Assembly (NCBI RefSeq): GCF_006345805.1
Contig: NW_021834917.1
Location: forward strand, 1-44,192
Reading direction: 5' to 3'
DNA: 44,192 nt
DNA from: Octopus sinensis
Taxonomy: Eukaryota
The translations under genes and the position numbers were made by a program. Position 1 is the stretch's first letter. Every line of letters begins with the position of its first letter. Positions 25,340 through 36,282 of the stretch are shown here, in pieces. The notes below the pieces were generated by a model. That model was not told where the DNA came from. It worked only from the letters and a program-made list of their open reading frames with translations, and did not search any database.

Positions 25340-25700
25340 ATTGTGTTACAGCTGGACGCTCTTCCCATCACTAACCTTTATCTCTATCTCAACTAAGTCA
25401 TCTTTTGTTCCACATGGCTTTCTCAAAGGTGCAGAGCCTGTCGACAATTTGTTGATGGGAGTCAAGGCAACAAAGTCACTGCTTTGTTTTTTGGCAATTT
25501 TTGCAAAAATGAAAATCCGGGGGGTAGAGTCCTCGGGCACCATAGGGGCCAATCAGAAGCTACATTCCCAAGCTCGAATAACTAAGGATGTCATCCAACC
25601 ATCTTGTTCCTGCTCTACCCCTAAATCTCCTGCTGGTTCACTTAGCTCAAAGAATCCATTCTGGGATTCTTTCCTGCAAAATATTAGTCATATACCCTTG
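25340..25700 (-). mobile_element. Old RTE-clade LINE 3' remnant
   Basis: Minus-strand RRFRGRAGTRWLDDI resembles the RGRPxxRWxD C-terminal motif; GGGAAGAGCGTCCAGCTGTA resembles the RTE tail motif GGAAGGGCATCCAGCTGTA. Confidence 0.5.
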
Positions 25701-25739
25701 GTGCAAAAGTTGTAAGAACTGTCTATCTCTCCATCAAAC

Positions 25740-25757
25740 TATCTTTCTATCAGTCTC

Positions 25758-25826
<69 letters not shown>

Positions 25827-25864
25827 TTCTCTCTCCCTATTTAACTGTCTGTCTGTCTAGCTGC

Positions 25865-25917
<53 letters not shown>

Positions 25918-25954
25918 GATCTGTCTCTCTGTTATCTATCTATCTATCCATCTA

Positions 25955-26008
<54 letters not shown>

Positions 26009-26038
26009 AATCTCTCTGTCTATCTATCTATCTATCGG

Positions 26039-26110
<72 letters not shown>

Positions 26111-26398
26111 CCTATCTATCTACCTATCTATCTACCTATCTATCTACCTACCTACCTACCTACCTACCTAACTACCTATTACCTATCTATCTACCTATCT
26201 ATCTTCACCCCTTTTTTGTCCTCTTTCTTTCCCTTTATGATCCCTTTTGATTGAAAACTAAACCCCCTTTTTTTTACCCCCAAAAGAAAAGCTCTACCTT
26301 GTAATTTGTCCTGTCTGTATGCAGCCCTGTGTGGCTAATAGAGAAACATATCTACCTATCTACCTACCTATCTATCTACCTATCTGTCTATCTACCTT

Positions 26399-26471
<73 letters not shown>

Positions 26472-26505
26472 TTATCTATCTATCTATCCACCTATCCATA
26501 TAGGT
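25740..26505. repeat. (CTGT)n/(CTAT)n tetranucleotide microsatellites
   Basis: Direct inspection. Confidence 0.9.
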
Positions 26506-27054
26506 AGGTAGGTAGATAGACCGATATAAATATCCCCATTGTTTACTATAACAATGTGTTTTCAAAGAAACGTCTTTTTTTATTTTGATTTTCAATTTTT
26601 AACACAAAATGGTGAAGGAAATCCAAGACTGCAATTGCATTCTATGAATAAACCAATTCTACAAACAGCGCCAAAGCAAAACACATAATTCTTCAGTTTA
26701 TTTTACCGTTAACCATTCACTAATTGCAAGCAGGATTTTTGCTTCGTTATTTTTCTTCTCTTCTTTTCTCTGTTTTTTCACACAAACCAACACAATTCAT
26801 ACTCAGACGCACAGACACACAGACACACGCAGAGGTATTAAACTCAGCTCAACAATAATCGGTGAAGCTACACGCTGACACACGCATGCACAGACAGAGG
26901 CAAATCTTGCGGATTGCAAAATGGTTGAAAGGGAATAGAACTGAGTTAATCCGACACAAGGAGAGAAGCAGTGAAGTGCATTTGGATACCTGTTAGGGGA
27001 AACTGTCTATTTGATGCCGAAAGAGTACATGTCCACCTTTCCTAAAGAAAAGTA

Positions 27055-27675
27055 CAGGAGTGGCTGTGCGGTAAGTAGCTTGCTTGCCAAACCACATGGC
27101 TCCGGGTTCAGTCCCACTGCGTGGCACCTTGGGCAAGTGTCTTCAACTATAGCCTTGGGCCGACCAAAGCCTTGTGAGTGGATTTGGTAGATGGAAACTG
27201 AAAGAAGCCCATCGTATATATATATATGTATGTGTGTGAAGGCGGCGAGCTGGCAGAAACGTCAGCGCCGGCCGACATGCGTAGCCGTATTTCGTCTGCT
27301 GTTACGTTCTGGGTTCAAATTCCGCCGAGGTCGACTCTGCCTTTCATCTTTTCAGGGTCGATAAATTAAGTACCAGTTACGCACTGAGGTCGATGTAATC
27401 AACTTAATCCCTTTGTCTGTCCTTGTTTGTCCCCTCTATGTTTAGCCCCTTGTGGGTAGTAAAGAAATATATATGTGTGTGTGTCTGTGTTTGTCCCCCC
27501 ACCATTGCTTGGCAACCGATGTTGGTGTGTTCACGTCAACGTAACTTAGCAGTACGGCAAAAGAGACTGATAGAATAAGTACTAGGCTTACAAAGAATAA
27601 ACCTTCGGGTCACTTTGTTCGACTAAAGGTGGTGCTCCAGCATGGCCGCAGTCAAATGACTGAAACAAGTAAAGG
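27055..27675 (+). mobile_element. SINE family A with SINE B (27239-27469) nested in its internal microsatellite
   Basis: A head, then full B (AAGGCGGCGAGCTGG...GTAAAGAAATA), then A 3' half. Confidence 0.88.
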
Positions 27676-27760
27676 AACAATAGCACTTCATGGCATTCTT
27701 CTTTCCGTGCTCATTATTCCATGTTGGAAGTCTTTGAGATTCCTGTGTAAATACATGTTA

Positions 27761-28352
27761 GGCGCAGGTGAGGCTGTATGGTACGAAGCTTGCTTCCCAA
27801 CCACATCGTTCCAGGTTCAGTCCCACTGCGTGGCACCTTGGGCAAGTGTCTTCTACTATAGCCTTGGGCTGACCAAAGCCTCGTGAGTGGATTTGGTAGA
27901 TGGAAACTGAAAGAAGCCCATCATATATGCATGTGTTTGTCGAGCAGAAACGTTAGCACGCCAGGCAAAATACGTAGCCGAATTTCGTATGCCGTTACGT
28001 TCTGAGTTCAAATTCCGCCGAGGTCGACTTTGCCTTTCATCCTTTCGGGGTCGATAAATTAAGTACCAGTTACGCACTGGAGTCGATGTAATTGACTTAA
28101 TCCCTTTGTCTGTCCTTATTTGTCCTCTCTGTGTTTAGCCCCTTGTGGGTAGTAAAGAAATAGGTATTTGTCCCCCCACCATAGCTTGACAACTGATGTT
28201 GGTGTGTTTACATCCCTGTAACTTAGCAGTTTGGCAAAAGACACTAATAGAATAAGTACGAGGCTTACAAAGAACAAGTCTTGGGGTCAATTTGTTTGAT
28301 TAAAGGCGGTGCTCCAGCATGGTCACCATCAAATGATTGAAGCAAGTGAAAG
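27761..28352 (+). mobile_element. SINE family A with 5'-truncated SINE B (27941-28170) nested at the same internal site
   Basis: Same architecture as the neighbouring copy. Confidence 0.85.
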
Positions 28353-28711
28353 AATAGAAGAATACTGGAACTCTGTTGATTATGATGACAAAGGTTCCAG
28401 TTGATCCGATTAATGGAATAGCCGGCAAGTGGCTGAGTATACACAGACATGTATTCTCTTAATGTAGTCCTCAGAGAGATTCAGTGTGACACAGAATGTG
28501 ACAAGGCTGGCCCTTTTTAAATTCCAGGTACAACACATATTTTTGCCAGTTGAGTGGAGTGGAGCAATGTGAAATAAAGTGTCTTGCTCAAGGCCACAAT
28601 TCGCTGCCAGGAATGCCTGGTGTGTGTGTCTTGTCGTGGCCACCCCCTCCTATGAGGAATTTAGGCCTTGGTCAATAGAATAGATAAAAAATATGATATA
28701 CATATTAATCT

Positions 28712-29097
28712 TTTGCTTGTTTCAGACTGTGGCCATGCTGGGGCAACAACTTGGGGAGGTTTTAGTTGAATGAATCGATCTCAGTACTTATTTATTCTTT
28801 TAGTTTTTTTTTTGCCGAATCGGTAAGTTATGGGAATGTAAACACACCAACACCGGTTGTCAAGCAGTGGGGGTGGGGAAGAGGTTTAACACAGACACAA
28901 CGACACACACATGCACACACACACACACACAAATATACAATGGGCTTCTTTTCAGTTTCTACCAAATCCATCCACAAAGCTTTGGTCGGCCCAAGGTTTG
29001 TATGGAAGACACTGTCTTTAGGTGCCACACAGTGGAACTGAACCCAGAACCGTGTGGTTGGGAAGCAAGCTTCTTACCACACACCCATGCCCACACC
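28712..29097 (-). mobile_element. Diverged SINE family A
   Basis: Family motifs on the minus strand. Confidence 0.75.
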
Positions 29098-29109
29098 TAT
29101 CTACCTATC

Positions 29110-29147
<38 letters not shown>

Positions 29148-29165
29148 TGTGTATGTATGTGTGTA

Positions 29166-29198
<33 letters not shown>

Positions 29199-29234
29199 GC
29201 ATATATGGATATGTGTATATATATATATATATAT

Positions 29235-29599
29235 ATCATCATCATCATCATCATCGTTTAACGTCCGTTCTCCATGCTAGCATGGGTTGGACGGTTCGAC
29301 CGGGGATCTGGGAAGCCAGAAGGCTGCACCAGGCTCCAGTCTTATCTGGCAATGTTTCTACAGCTGGATGCCCTTCCTAACGCCAACCACTCCGTGAGTG
29401 TAGTGGGTGCTTTTTACGTGCCACCTGCACAGGTGCCAGGCGAGGCTGGCAACGGCCACGGTCGGATTGGTGTATTTTATGTGCCACCGGTACGGAAGCC
29501 AGTCGAGGCGGCGCTGGCATCGGCCACGAGTCGGATAGTGCTTTTTACGTACCACCAGACCAGGGATCCTGGCTGGTACAATTCAATTTCGATTTCGAT
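29235..29599 (-). mobile_element. Short 5'-truncated RTE copy (3' end only), head-to-head with the long RTE
   Basis: Reverse complement of about 33120-33479. Confidence 0.9.
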
Positions 29600-29631
29600 A
29601 TATATATATATATATATGTATATATAGATAC

Positions 29632-29666
<35 letters not shown>

Positions 29667-29704
29667 TACATAGATACTTGTATATATATTTATATATATA
29701 TATA

Positions 29705-32590
29705 GGCAAGGAACACAGGTACAAGATTTTCTGGGCAGGGAACACTGACGGGGTCGGGGGCGTGGGTATACTTCTTGCAGAGAATGGGTGGGTAAGGTAA
29801 TCGAGGTAGTCAGAGTAAGTGACAGAGTAATTAAAATTAGATTAGTCCTTCACCACAGGACAGCTACCATCATCTCGCATATGCCCCTCAACCAGGGACT
29901 ACCAGAAGGACAAAAAGACCAATTCTATGACACCCTATTGCGGACTACCTCGTTGACAAATGACAGTGACCTTCTCTTCGTGGCAGGTGATTTTCAATGG
30001 ACATGTCGGACGGCATGTCGGGGGCTTCCATGGCGTCCATGGAGGCTACGGTTTTGGCTCTCGGAATGAGGAGGGAACCAGGCTGCTGGAGTTCTGCGAT
30101 GCAAATGACCTTATGGTCTGCAATACCAACTTCAGGAAACCCACCTCTCACCTAGTCACCTACCGTTCTGGCAGACACACCAGCCAGATTGACTACATCC
30201 TGCCAGAAAAGGGAAAGAGGGCTGCTTATAAATGCCAAAACCTTTCCAGGCGAAGAATGTACTCCTCAACATAGATTAGTAGTTAGCGACTTAAGGATCA
30301 GAGCTAAATGGTTGCCCGAAGAAGACCTGCTTGGAGGAGAAGGGTCTGGAAGCTTAAAGATCCTGCAAATGGACAGAGATTTAGAGACATACTACTCGAA
30401 GCCTTTGACGAAATAGAAGAGGATATAGCTTCACTTAATGTGGAAGGCAACTGGAGATTCTACGGGACAATCTGCTGACAGTCACTGACCAGATCTGTGG
30501 ATGGAGCAAAGTACCATCTCGACCCAGAGTAACATGGTGGTGGAACTCTGTGGTTGACAGGGCTATTAGACAAAAGAGACAGGCTTGGAAGGACTGGAGG
30601 AACGGGTAGCAGGGAATTGTATCAGACAGCCAAAGGGAAGCTAGGAGACAGGTTTACTTAGCCAGAGGGGAAGCGGATAAGAAAAAATTGCCAATGTTCT
30701 GAGCCGTGAGGATGAAAGACTTGAGGTATTTCGTGTTGCAAGACAGTGTGTGAGAGAGAATTGTGATGTGGTAGGAGAGAAGTGTGTTCGCATGGATGAT
30801 GGTTCACTTGCGCTAAATGAGGATGCAAAGAGAGAGGTTTGGAGATGCCACTATGAAAGGTTGCTGAATAAAGAAAATGAATGGGATAAAGAGAGTCTGC
30901 CGAATGTTGACCCAACAGAGGGACCAGCTATCCGAGTTGATAGTTCCGTGGTAGCTAAGGCAATTAGAAGCATGAAGACAGGGAAAGCCCCAGGCCCATC
31001 AGGAATTACTGCAGAGATGCTCAAAATATCTGGCAGTGTCGGCTATAACCTAGTCACCCGTATAGTCAACCAGGTGATACACGAAGGAGTCATACCCCAT
31101 GACTGGTGTAGCAGCATACTAGTCAACTGCTACAAAGGTAAAGGTGATGCCCTAGATACAAATAATTACAGAGGTATCAAGCTGTTGGATCAAGTAATGA
31201 AGGTTACGGAGAGGGTCATAGCCCAACTAATTAGAGAGAGAGTTAGTTTAGATGAGATGCAGTTTGGTTTCGTGCTAGGGAAAAGTACCACGGATGCTAT
31301 ATTCCTGGTAAGGCAGCTGCAGGAGAAATACCTAGCCAAAGATAAGCCCCTGTACCTGGCTTTTGTTGACATGGAGAAAGCTTTGATAGGGTCCCCCGAT
31401 CCCTTATCTGGTGGTCAATGAGGAAACTAGGGATAGATGAATGGCTGGTGAGGAGTGCAAGCCATGTACAGAGATGCCGTAAGTAAGGTTAGGGTTAGCA
31501 ACATGTACACAGAAGAATTCAAAGTAGAGGTAGGGGTCCACCAGGGTTCAGTACTCAGCCCCCTCCTATTTATCATAGTCCTACAGGCAATTACGGAGGA
31601 ATTCAAGACAGGTTGTCCCTGGGAGCTCCTCTACGCTGACGACCTTGCTCTTATTGCTGAGTCACTATCAGAGCTGGAGGAGAAGTTCCAGGTGGGAAGG
31701 AGGGTTTAGAATCGAGGGGCCTTAGAGTCAACCTAGCTAAAACCAAAGTACTAATAAATATAGGAAGGTAGACAATCCACAAATGTCTTCAGGAAGATGG
31801 CCCTGCTGATCTGTAGAAAAGGTGTAGGTAGAAACTCTATAAGATGTACCCAGTGTAAGCTATGGACACATAAGAGGTGCAGCAATGTCAAAGGTAGGCT
31901 AACTGGGAAGATAGTTTTTGTATGTGGCAGATGCTCAGGAGCATTAACCTCCGAAAATCTGCAGAAAATAACTTCAGTCACTTTCCAAGGGGAAAACTAG
32001 AAGTAGTTGATAGCTTCCGTTATCTAGGTGACCAAGTCAGTAGGGGGGGTGGGTGCGCTGAAAGTGTAACTGCTAGAATAAGAATAGCCTGGGCAAAGTT
32101 TAGGGAGCTCTTACCTCTGCTGGTGACTAAAGGCCTCTCGCTCAGAGTAAAAGGCAGACTGTATGATGCGTGTGTACGAACAGCAGCATGCTACATGGCA
32201 GTGAAACATGGGCCGTGACTGCCGAGGACATGCGTAAGCTCGTGAGGAATGAAGCCAGTATGCTCCGATGGATGTGTAATGTCAGTGTACATACTCGACA
32301 GAGCGTTAGCACCTTGAGAGAAATGTTGTACCTAAGAGGCATCAGTTGTGGTGTGCAAGAGAGACGATTGCGCTGGTATGGTCATGTGGCGAGAATGGAT
32401 GAAGATAGGTGTGTGAGAAAGTGCCAATCCCTTAGCAGTTGAGGGAACCCGTGGAAGAGGTAGATCCAGGAAAACCTGGGACGAGGTGGTGAAGCACGAC
32501 CTTCGAACTTTAGGCCTCACTGAGGAAATGACCAGCGACCGAGACCTTTGGAAATATTCTGTACGTGAGAAGACCAGGCAGGACAAGTGA
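29705..32590 (+). pseudogene. RTE endonuclease/reverse transcriptase ORF, frameshifted in this sequence
   Basis: NYRGIKLLDQVMK, QFGF..GKSTTDAIF, LAFVDMEKA, GVHQGSVLSPLLF, LLYADDL, RRLRWYGHV, RGRGRSRKTW. Confidence 0.92.
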
Positions 32591-33479
32591 GCCCAGCCCA
32601 CTTATGAATGCCTTTCCTCCCTTGGACACAAAGACCTGTTGAGGCAAGTGAAGTCGATATAGAACCTCATCCGACGACAAGCACCCATGCCAACCCCCTT
32701 GCTTGCGAAGACATGTTTGGGGCAAGCGAAATCGAAATCGAAGTCAAAATCGAATTGAACCAGCCAGGATCCCTGGTCTGGTGGTACGTAAAAAGCACTA
32801 TCCGACTCGTGGCCGATGCCAGCGCCGCCTCGACTGGCTTCTGTGCCGGTGGCACGTAAAATACACCAATCTGACTGTACGACAGGCACCCATGCCAACC
32901 CCCTTGCTTGCGAAGATATGTTGGGGCAAGCGAAATCGAATTGAACCAGCCAGGTTCCCTGGTCTGGTGGTACGTAAAAAGCACTATCTGACTCGTGGCC
33001 GATGCCAGCGCCGCTTCCACTGGCTTCCGTGCCGGTGGCACGTAAAATACACCAATCTGACCGTACAACAGGCACCCATGCCAACCCCCTTGCTTGCGAA
33101 GACATGTTGGGTCAAGCGAAATCGAAATCGAATTGAACCAGCCAGGATCCCTGGTCTGGTGGTACGTAAAAAGCACTATCCGACTCGTGGCTGATGCCAG
33201 CACCGCCTCATCTGGCTTCCGTGCCGGTGGCACATAAAATACACCAATCCGACCGTGGCCGTTGCCAGCCTCGCCTGGCACCTGTGCAGGTGGCATGTAA
33301 AAAGCACCCACTACACTCACGGAGTGGTTGGCGTTAGGAAGGGCATCCATCTGTAGAAACATTGCCAGATAAGACTGGAGCCTGGTGCAGCCTTCTGGCT
33401 TCCCAGATCCCCGGTCGAACCGTCCAACCCATGCTAGCATGGAGAACGGACGTTAAACGACGATGATGATGATGATGAT
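29705..33479 (+). mobile_element. RTE-clade non-LTR retrotransposon, 5'-truncated, with about 890-bp 3' UTR and (GAT)n tail
   Basis: APE endonuclease (GVGILL, VAGDFNGHVG, IDYIL) and RT motifs; stop TGA at 32588-32590; tail CGGACGTTAAACGA(C/T)GATGAT. Confidence 0.95.
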
Positions 33480-33809
33480 ATATATATATATATATATATA
33501 TATGTGATGGGTTCTCTTGTCATGGACAACGAATGAGATTTCAGTAAAATAAAGCATTCTTCTTCTCTGTCTCTCTCTCTCCCCCTCCATCCTCTCTCTC
33601 TCTTTCTCGAAACTCTTTTAGTTCCAGCCAATTCTTAGCGTTGCCATGCACTCACAGAAATATCAAAATATCAAATCAATAAACTATAAAACATAAAAAT
33701 AAGCACTAATCGACGGAGCAACTGCCGCAAGTCAACTTTAAATGACGGCAACTGGTTGACAACATTTACGTTTATCAAATATCACAGTTGACACGACCAG
33801 CTTGCAGAC

Positions 33810-34150
33810 ACTGAGCTGTTAATCTAACAACAGACACGATTGGCTAGCTCCAATTGCCGTGTTTAATCTAACGGCTGACACGATTGGCTGCCATTAAAGA
33901 CATCTTTCCATAGGGTTACTCCAGCAAATTTTCATGTCATGCAATTAGTTCAAACTGTAAAAAAGAAAAAAATATAGTAAAAGATAAAAAAAGCCTAGCT
34001 TATATTGATTGGTAATTGCTGTGTAACATGATTCTATTGATTGCTTGTTTAATTATGTGTTGCTGTTAATCGACGCCGCTGGTCACGCGGGGATGGCAAC
34101 AGGAAGGGGAGGGGGCACGGGAATGATTGGTGATCAGCATTTGATACGGT
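33810..34150 (+). promoter_or_regulatory. Candidate promoter/enhancer: CpG-rich unique DNA with repeated ATTGG (CCAAT) boxes
   Basis: TTAATCTAAC-N4-GACACGATTGGCT twice (33819, 33863), further GATTGG sites and a G-rich GGGAGGGGGC box. Confidence 0.4.
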
Positions 34151-34156
34151 GCAACA

Positions 34157-34212
34157 ATGGCGACAACTCCATCAGCCGAACAATGGAAATCTTTTAATGA
34201 CTTCTCCGTGTT
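34157..34212 (+). CDS. Possible first coding exon MATTPSAEQWKSFNDFSV(x), product unknown
   Basis: CAACAATGGCG start context and a consensus GTAAGT donor at 34213; no matching downstream exon found. Confidence 0.2.
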
Positions 34213-34282
34213 GTAAGTATTGACGGCAATAATTACGTTGAAGTGAATCTGTAACGAATGCGGTCTGTTGATTGTTGTGGTC

Positions 34283-34403
34283 GCCAGATCAGACTGGAGC
34301 CTGGTGCAGCCGTTTGGTTCACCAGCCCTCAGTCAAATTGTCTAACCCATGCTAGCATGGAAAGTGGACGTTAAACGATGATGATGATGAAGATGATGAC
34401 GAT
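34283..34403 (+). mobile_element. Short RTE 3' end
   Basis: CCCATGCTAGCATGG..GGACGTTAAAC(GAT)n. Confidence 0.8.
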
Positions 34404-34827
34404 CTATCTATCAATATATATCATCATCATCATCATCATCATCATGGTGGTGGTGGTGTTGATGGTGATGATGATGGTGGTGGTGGTGGTGGTGATGATG
34501 ATGATGATGATGATGATGATATATGCTTGGTTCATGCATAAGCAGTCTGAAGCATTTCAGAAGTTCCTGTACCGTTCCCCCCCCCCCCAACTTAACACAA
34601 AACCTCAATTGCCTAATCAGCTTCTAAGTTGTCTTCACGTCTCCCGGCTGCATTCTGCAAACTAGTCTCCTCTCACAACCGTCTCCTTCAATCTGGGGCC
34701 ACAAAAGGGATCAGGTCAGCTTATCAGATGTCTTGTAATGAGAGACTAAAATCACAATAATCTCCTCCGGCACTGATAATTGCCTCTCCTAATAAAGGTA
34801 CCCCAATTTCTGGGGTGTACCTCGTAT

Positions 34828-35530
34828 TACATCATCATCATTGTCGTCATTTAACATCTGCTTTCCATGCTGGCATGGGTTGGACAGTTTGACTAAAGAC
34901 AGGAAAGCCGGGAGGCTGCAGCAGGTTCCAATCTGATTTGGTAAGGTTTCTGAAAACGAGGTAATTTCTACTCTTCTCCTCTGGAAGCCATCTACTCGCA
35001 ATGCCAGAGGGCACACACTCTCCTACCCTGATGTAATCTCCAGGGATACAGGCATCCAGCAACAGGACCTCCGTAATGCCATGATGGACCGTGAAGTCTG
35101 GCGTAGCATAGTAAATTCCATTGTCTCGACCACGGTCGAACAATGATGATGATGAAGGTTTCTACAGCTGGATGCCCTTCCTAATGCCAACCACTCTGAG
35201 AGTGTAGTGGGTGCTTTTTACGTGCTACAGGAATGGGAGCCAGTCAGGTGGCACTGGCATCAGCCATGCTTGAATGGTGCTTTTACGTGTCAATGGCACT
35301 GGTGCCAGTCAGGGGGCACTGGCATTGGTCACACTCAAATGGTGCTGACTCTGTGCCACTGGCACAGGTGCCAGTCATGCAGCACTGACATTGACCATGC
35401 TTGAATGGTGCTTTTTACGAGCCACCAGCACAGGTGGCACTGGCATCGGCACACTTGAATGGTGCCTTTTACATGCCACTGGCACAGGTGCCAGTCAGGC
35501 GGCGCTGGCATTGGCCATAACTTTGATTTC
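34828..35530 (-). mobile_element. Older RTE 3' end with tandem ~60-bp modules, interrupted by an RTE-X-like insertion
   Basis: CATCAT..TTTAACATCTGCTTTCCATGCTGGCATGGG; modules GGTGC(T/C)TTTTAC..GCCACTGGCAC. Confidence 0.75.
34952..35154 (+). mobile_element. RTE-X-like LINE 3' end with 9-bp target site duplication
   Basis: TSD AAGGTTTCT at 34943-34951 and 35155-35163; (GAT)n tail; homologous to 9145-9350. Confidence 0.85.
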
Positions 35531-35559
35531 ACTTATGTGATTTTGCTTATGTGTGAAAG

Positions 35560-36036
35560 TAAATGGCTTAGATGTTAGGATATTTGCCTCATGATTTTAA
35601 GGTCGTGAGTTCAATTCCTAGCAATGCATTATGTCCTTGGGCAAGACACTTTACTCCACATTGCTCCAGTCCACTCAGCTGGCAAAAAATAAGTAGTACC
35701 TGTAATTCCAAAGGGGCCAGCCTTGTTACATTCTGTGTCACACTGAATCTCCCTGAGAACTACATTAAGGGTACACATGTCTGTGGAGTACTCAGCCACT
35801 TGCAAATTCCTTTCACAAGCAGGCTCTTCCATTGATCATATAACTGATGGAGTTACCAAAGGCACCTGGCTTAGTGGTCAAGGCCTTGAGTTCAGCTCCA
35901 GGCAGTGGGTTGTGTCCTTAGCGAGACACTTTATTGCTCCAGTCCACTCAACTGGCAAAAAATAAGTAGTACCTGTAATACAAGGAGGTCAGCTTTGTCA
36001 CATTCTGTATCACGCTGAATCTCCCTGAGCCTTACA
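35560..36036 (+). mobile_element. Two diverged SINE copies sharing the family C 3' part
   Basis: CCTTGGGCAAGACACTT core and GTACCTGTA..AAAGGG.CC.GCCTTG..CACGCTGAATCTCCCTGAG segment; related minus-strand copy at 28365-28620. Confidence 0.7.
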
Positions 36037-36254
36037 TTAACCATTTAACATTTAAATGAATCAAAATATTTCACCTGTTTTACATTCAAACTAGTGAGAT
36101 CTGGCCTCTCACACCTACCCTACAATGTCCTTCTAGAAATAAACATTCACATCATTGAAATCTCAAAGCTCTGAGATAATCCATGATTAATTCAAAACAA
36201 TACAAATAAATAAGGATTACACTTGACAGAGTAATCTGAATGCTAAACGGTTAA
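36037..36254. mobile_element. TTAA-flanked MITE (piggyBac-like)
   Basis: TTAA-CCATTTAACATT ... AATGCTAAACGG-TTAA imperfect 12-bp TIRs. Confidence 0.65.
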
Positions 36255-36282
36255 TACAAATGATATACACATCAGTAATATT

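Noticed and set aside
25179-25715. 178-aa plus-strand ORF
   Set aside because: Begins in a SINE and overlaps the antisense of an old RTE remnant; no protein motif
32667-33440. 257-aa minus-strand ORF
   Set aside because: Antisense reading of the GC-rich tandem modules in the RTE 3' UTR
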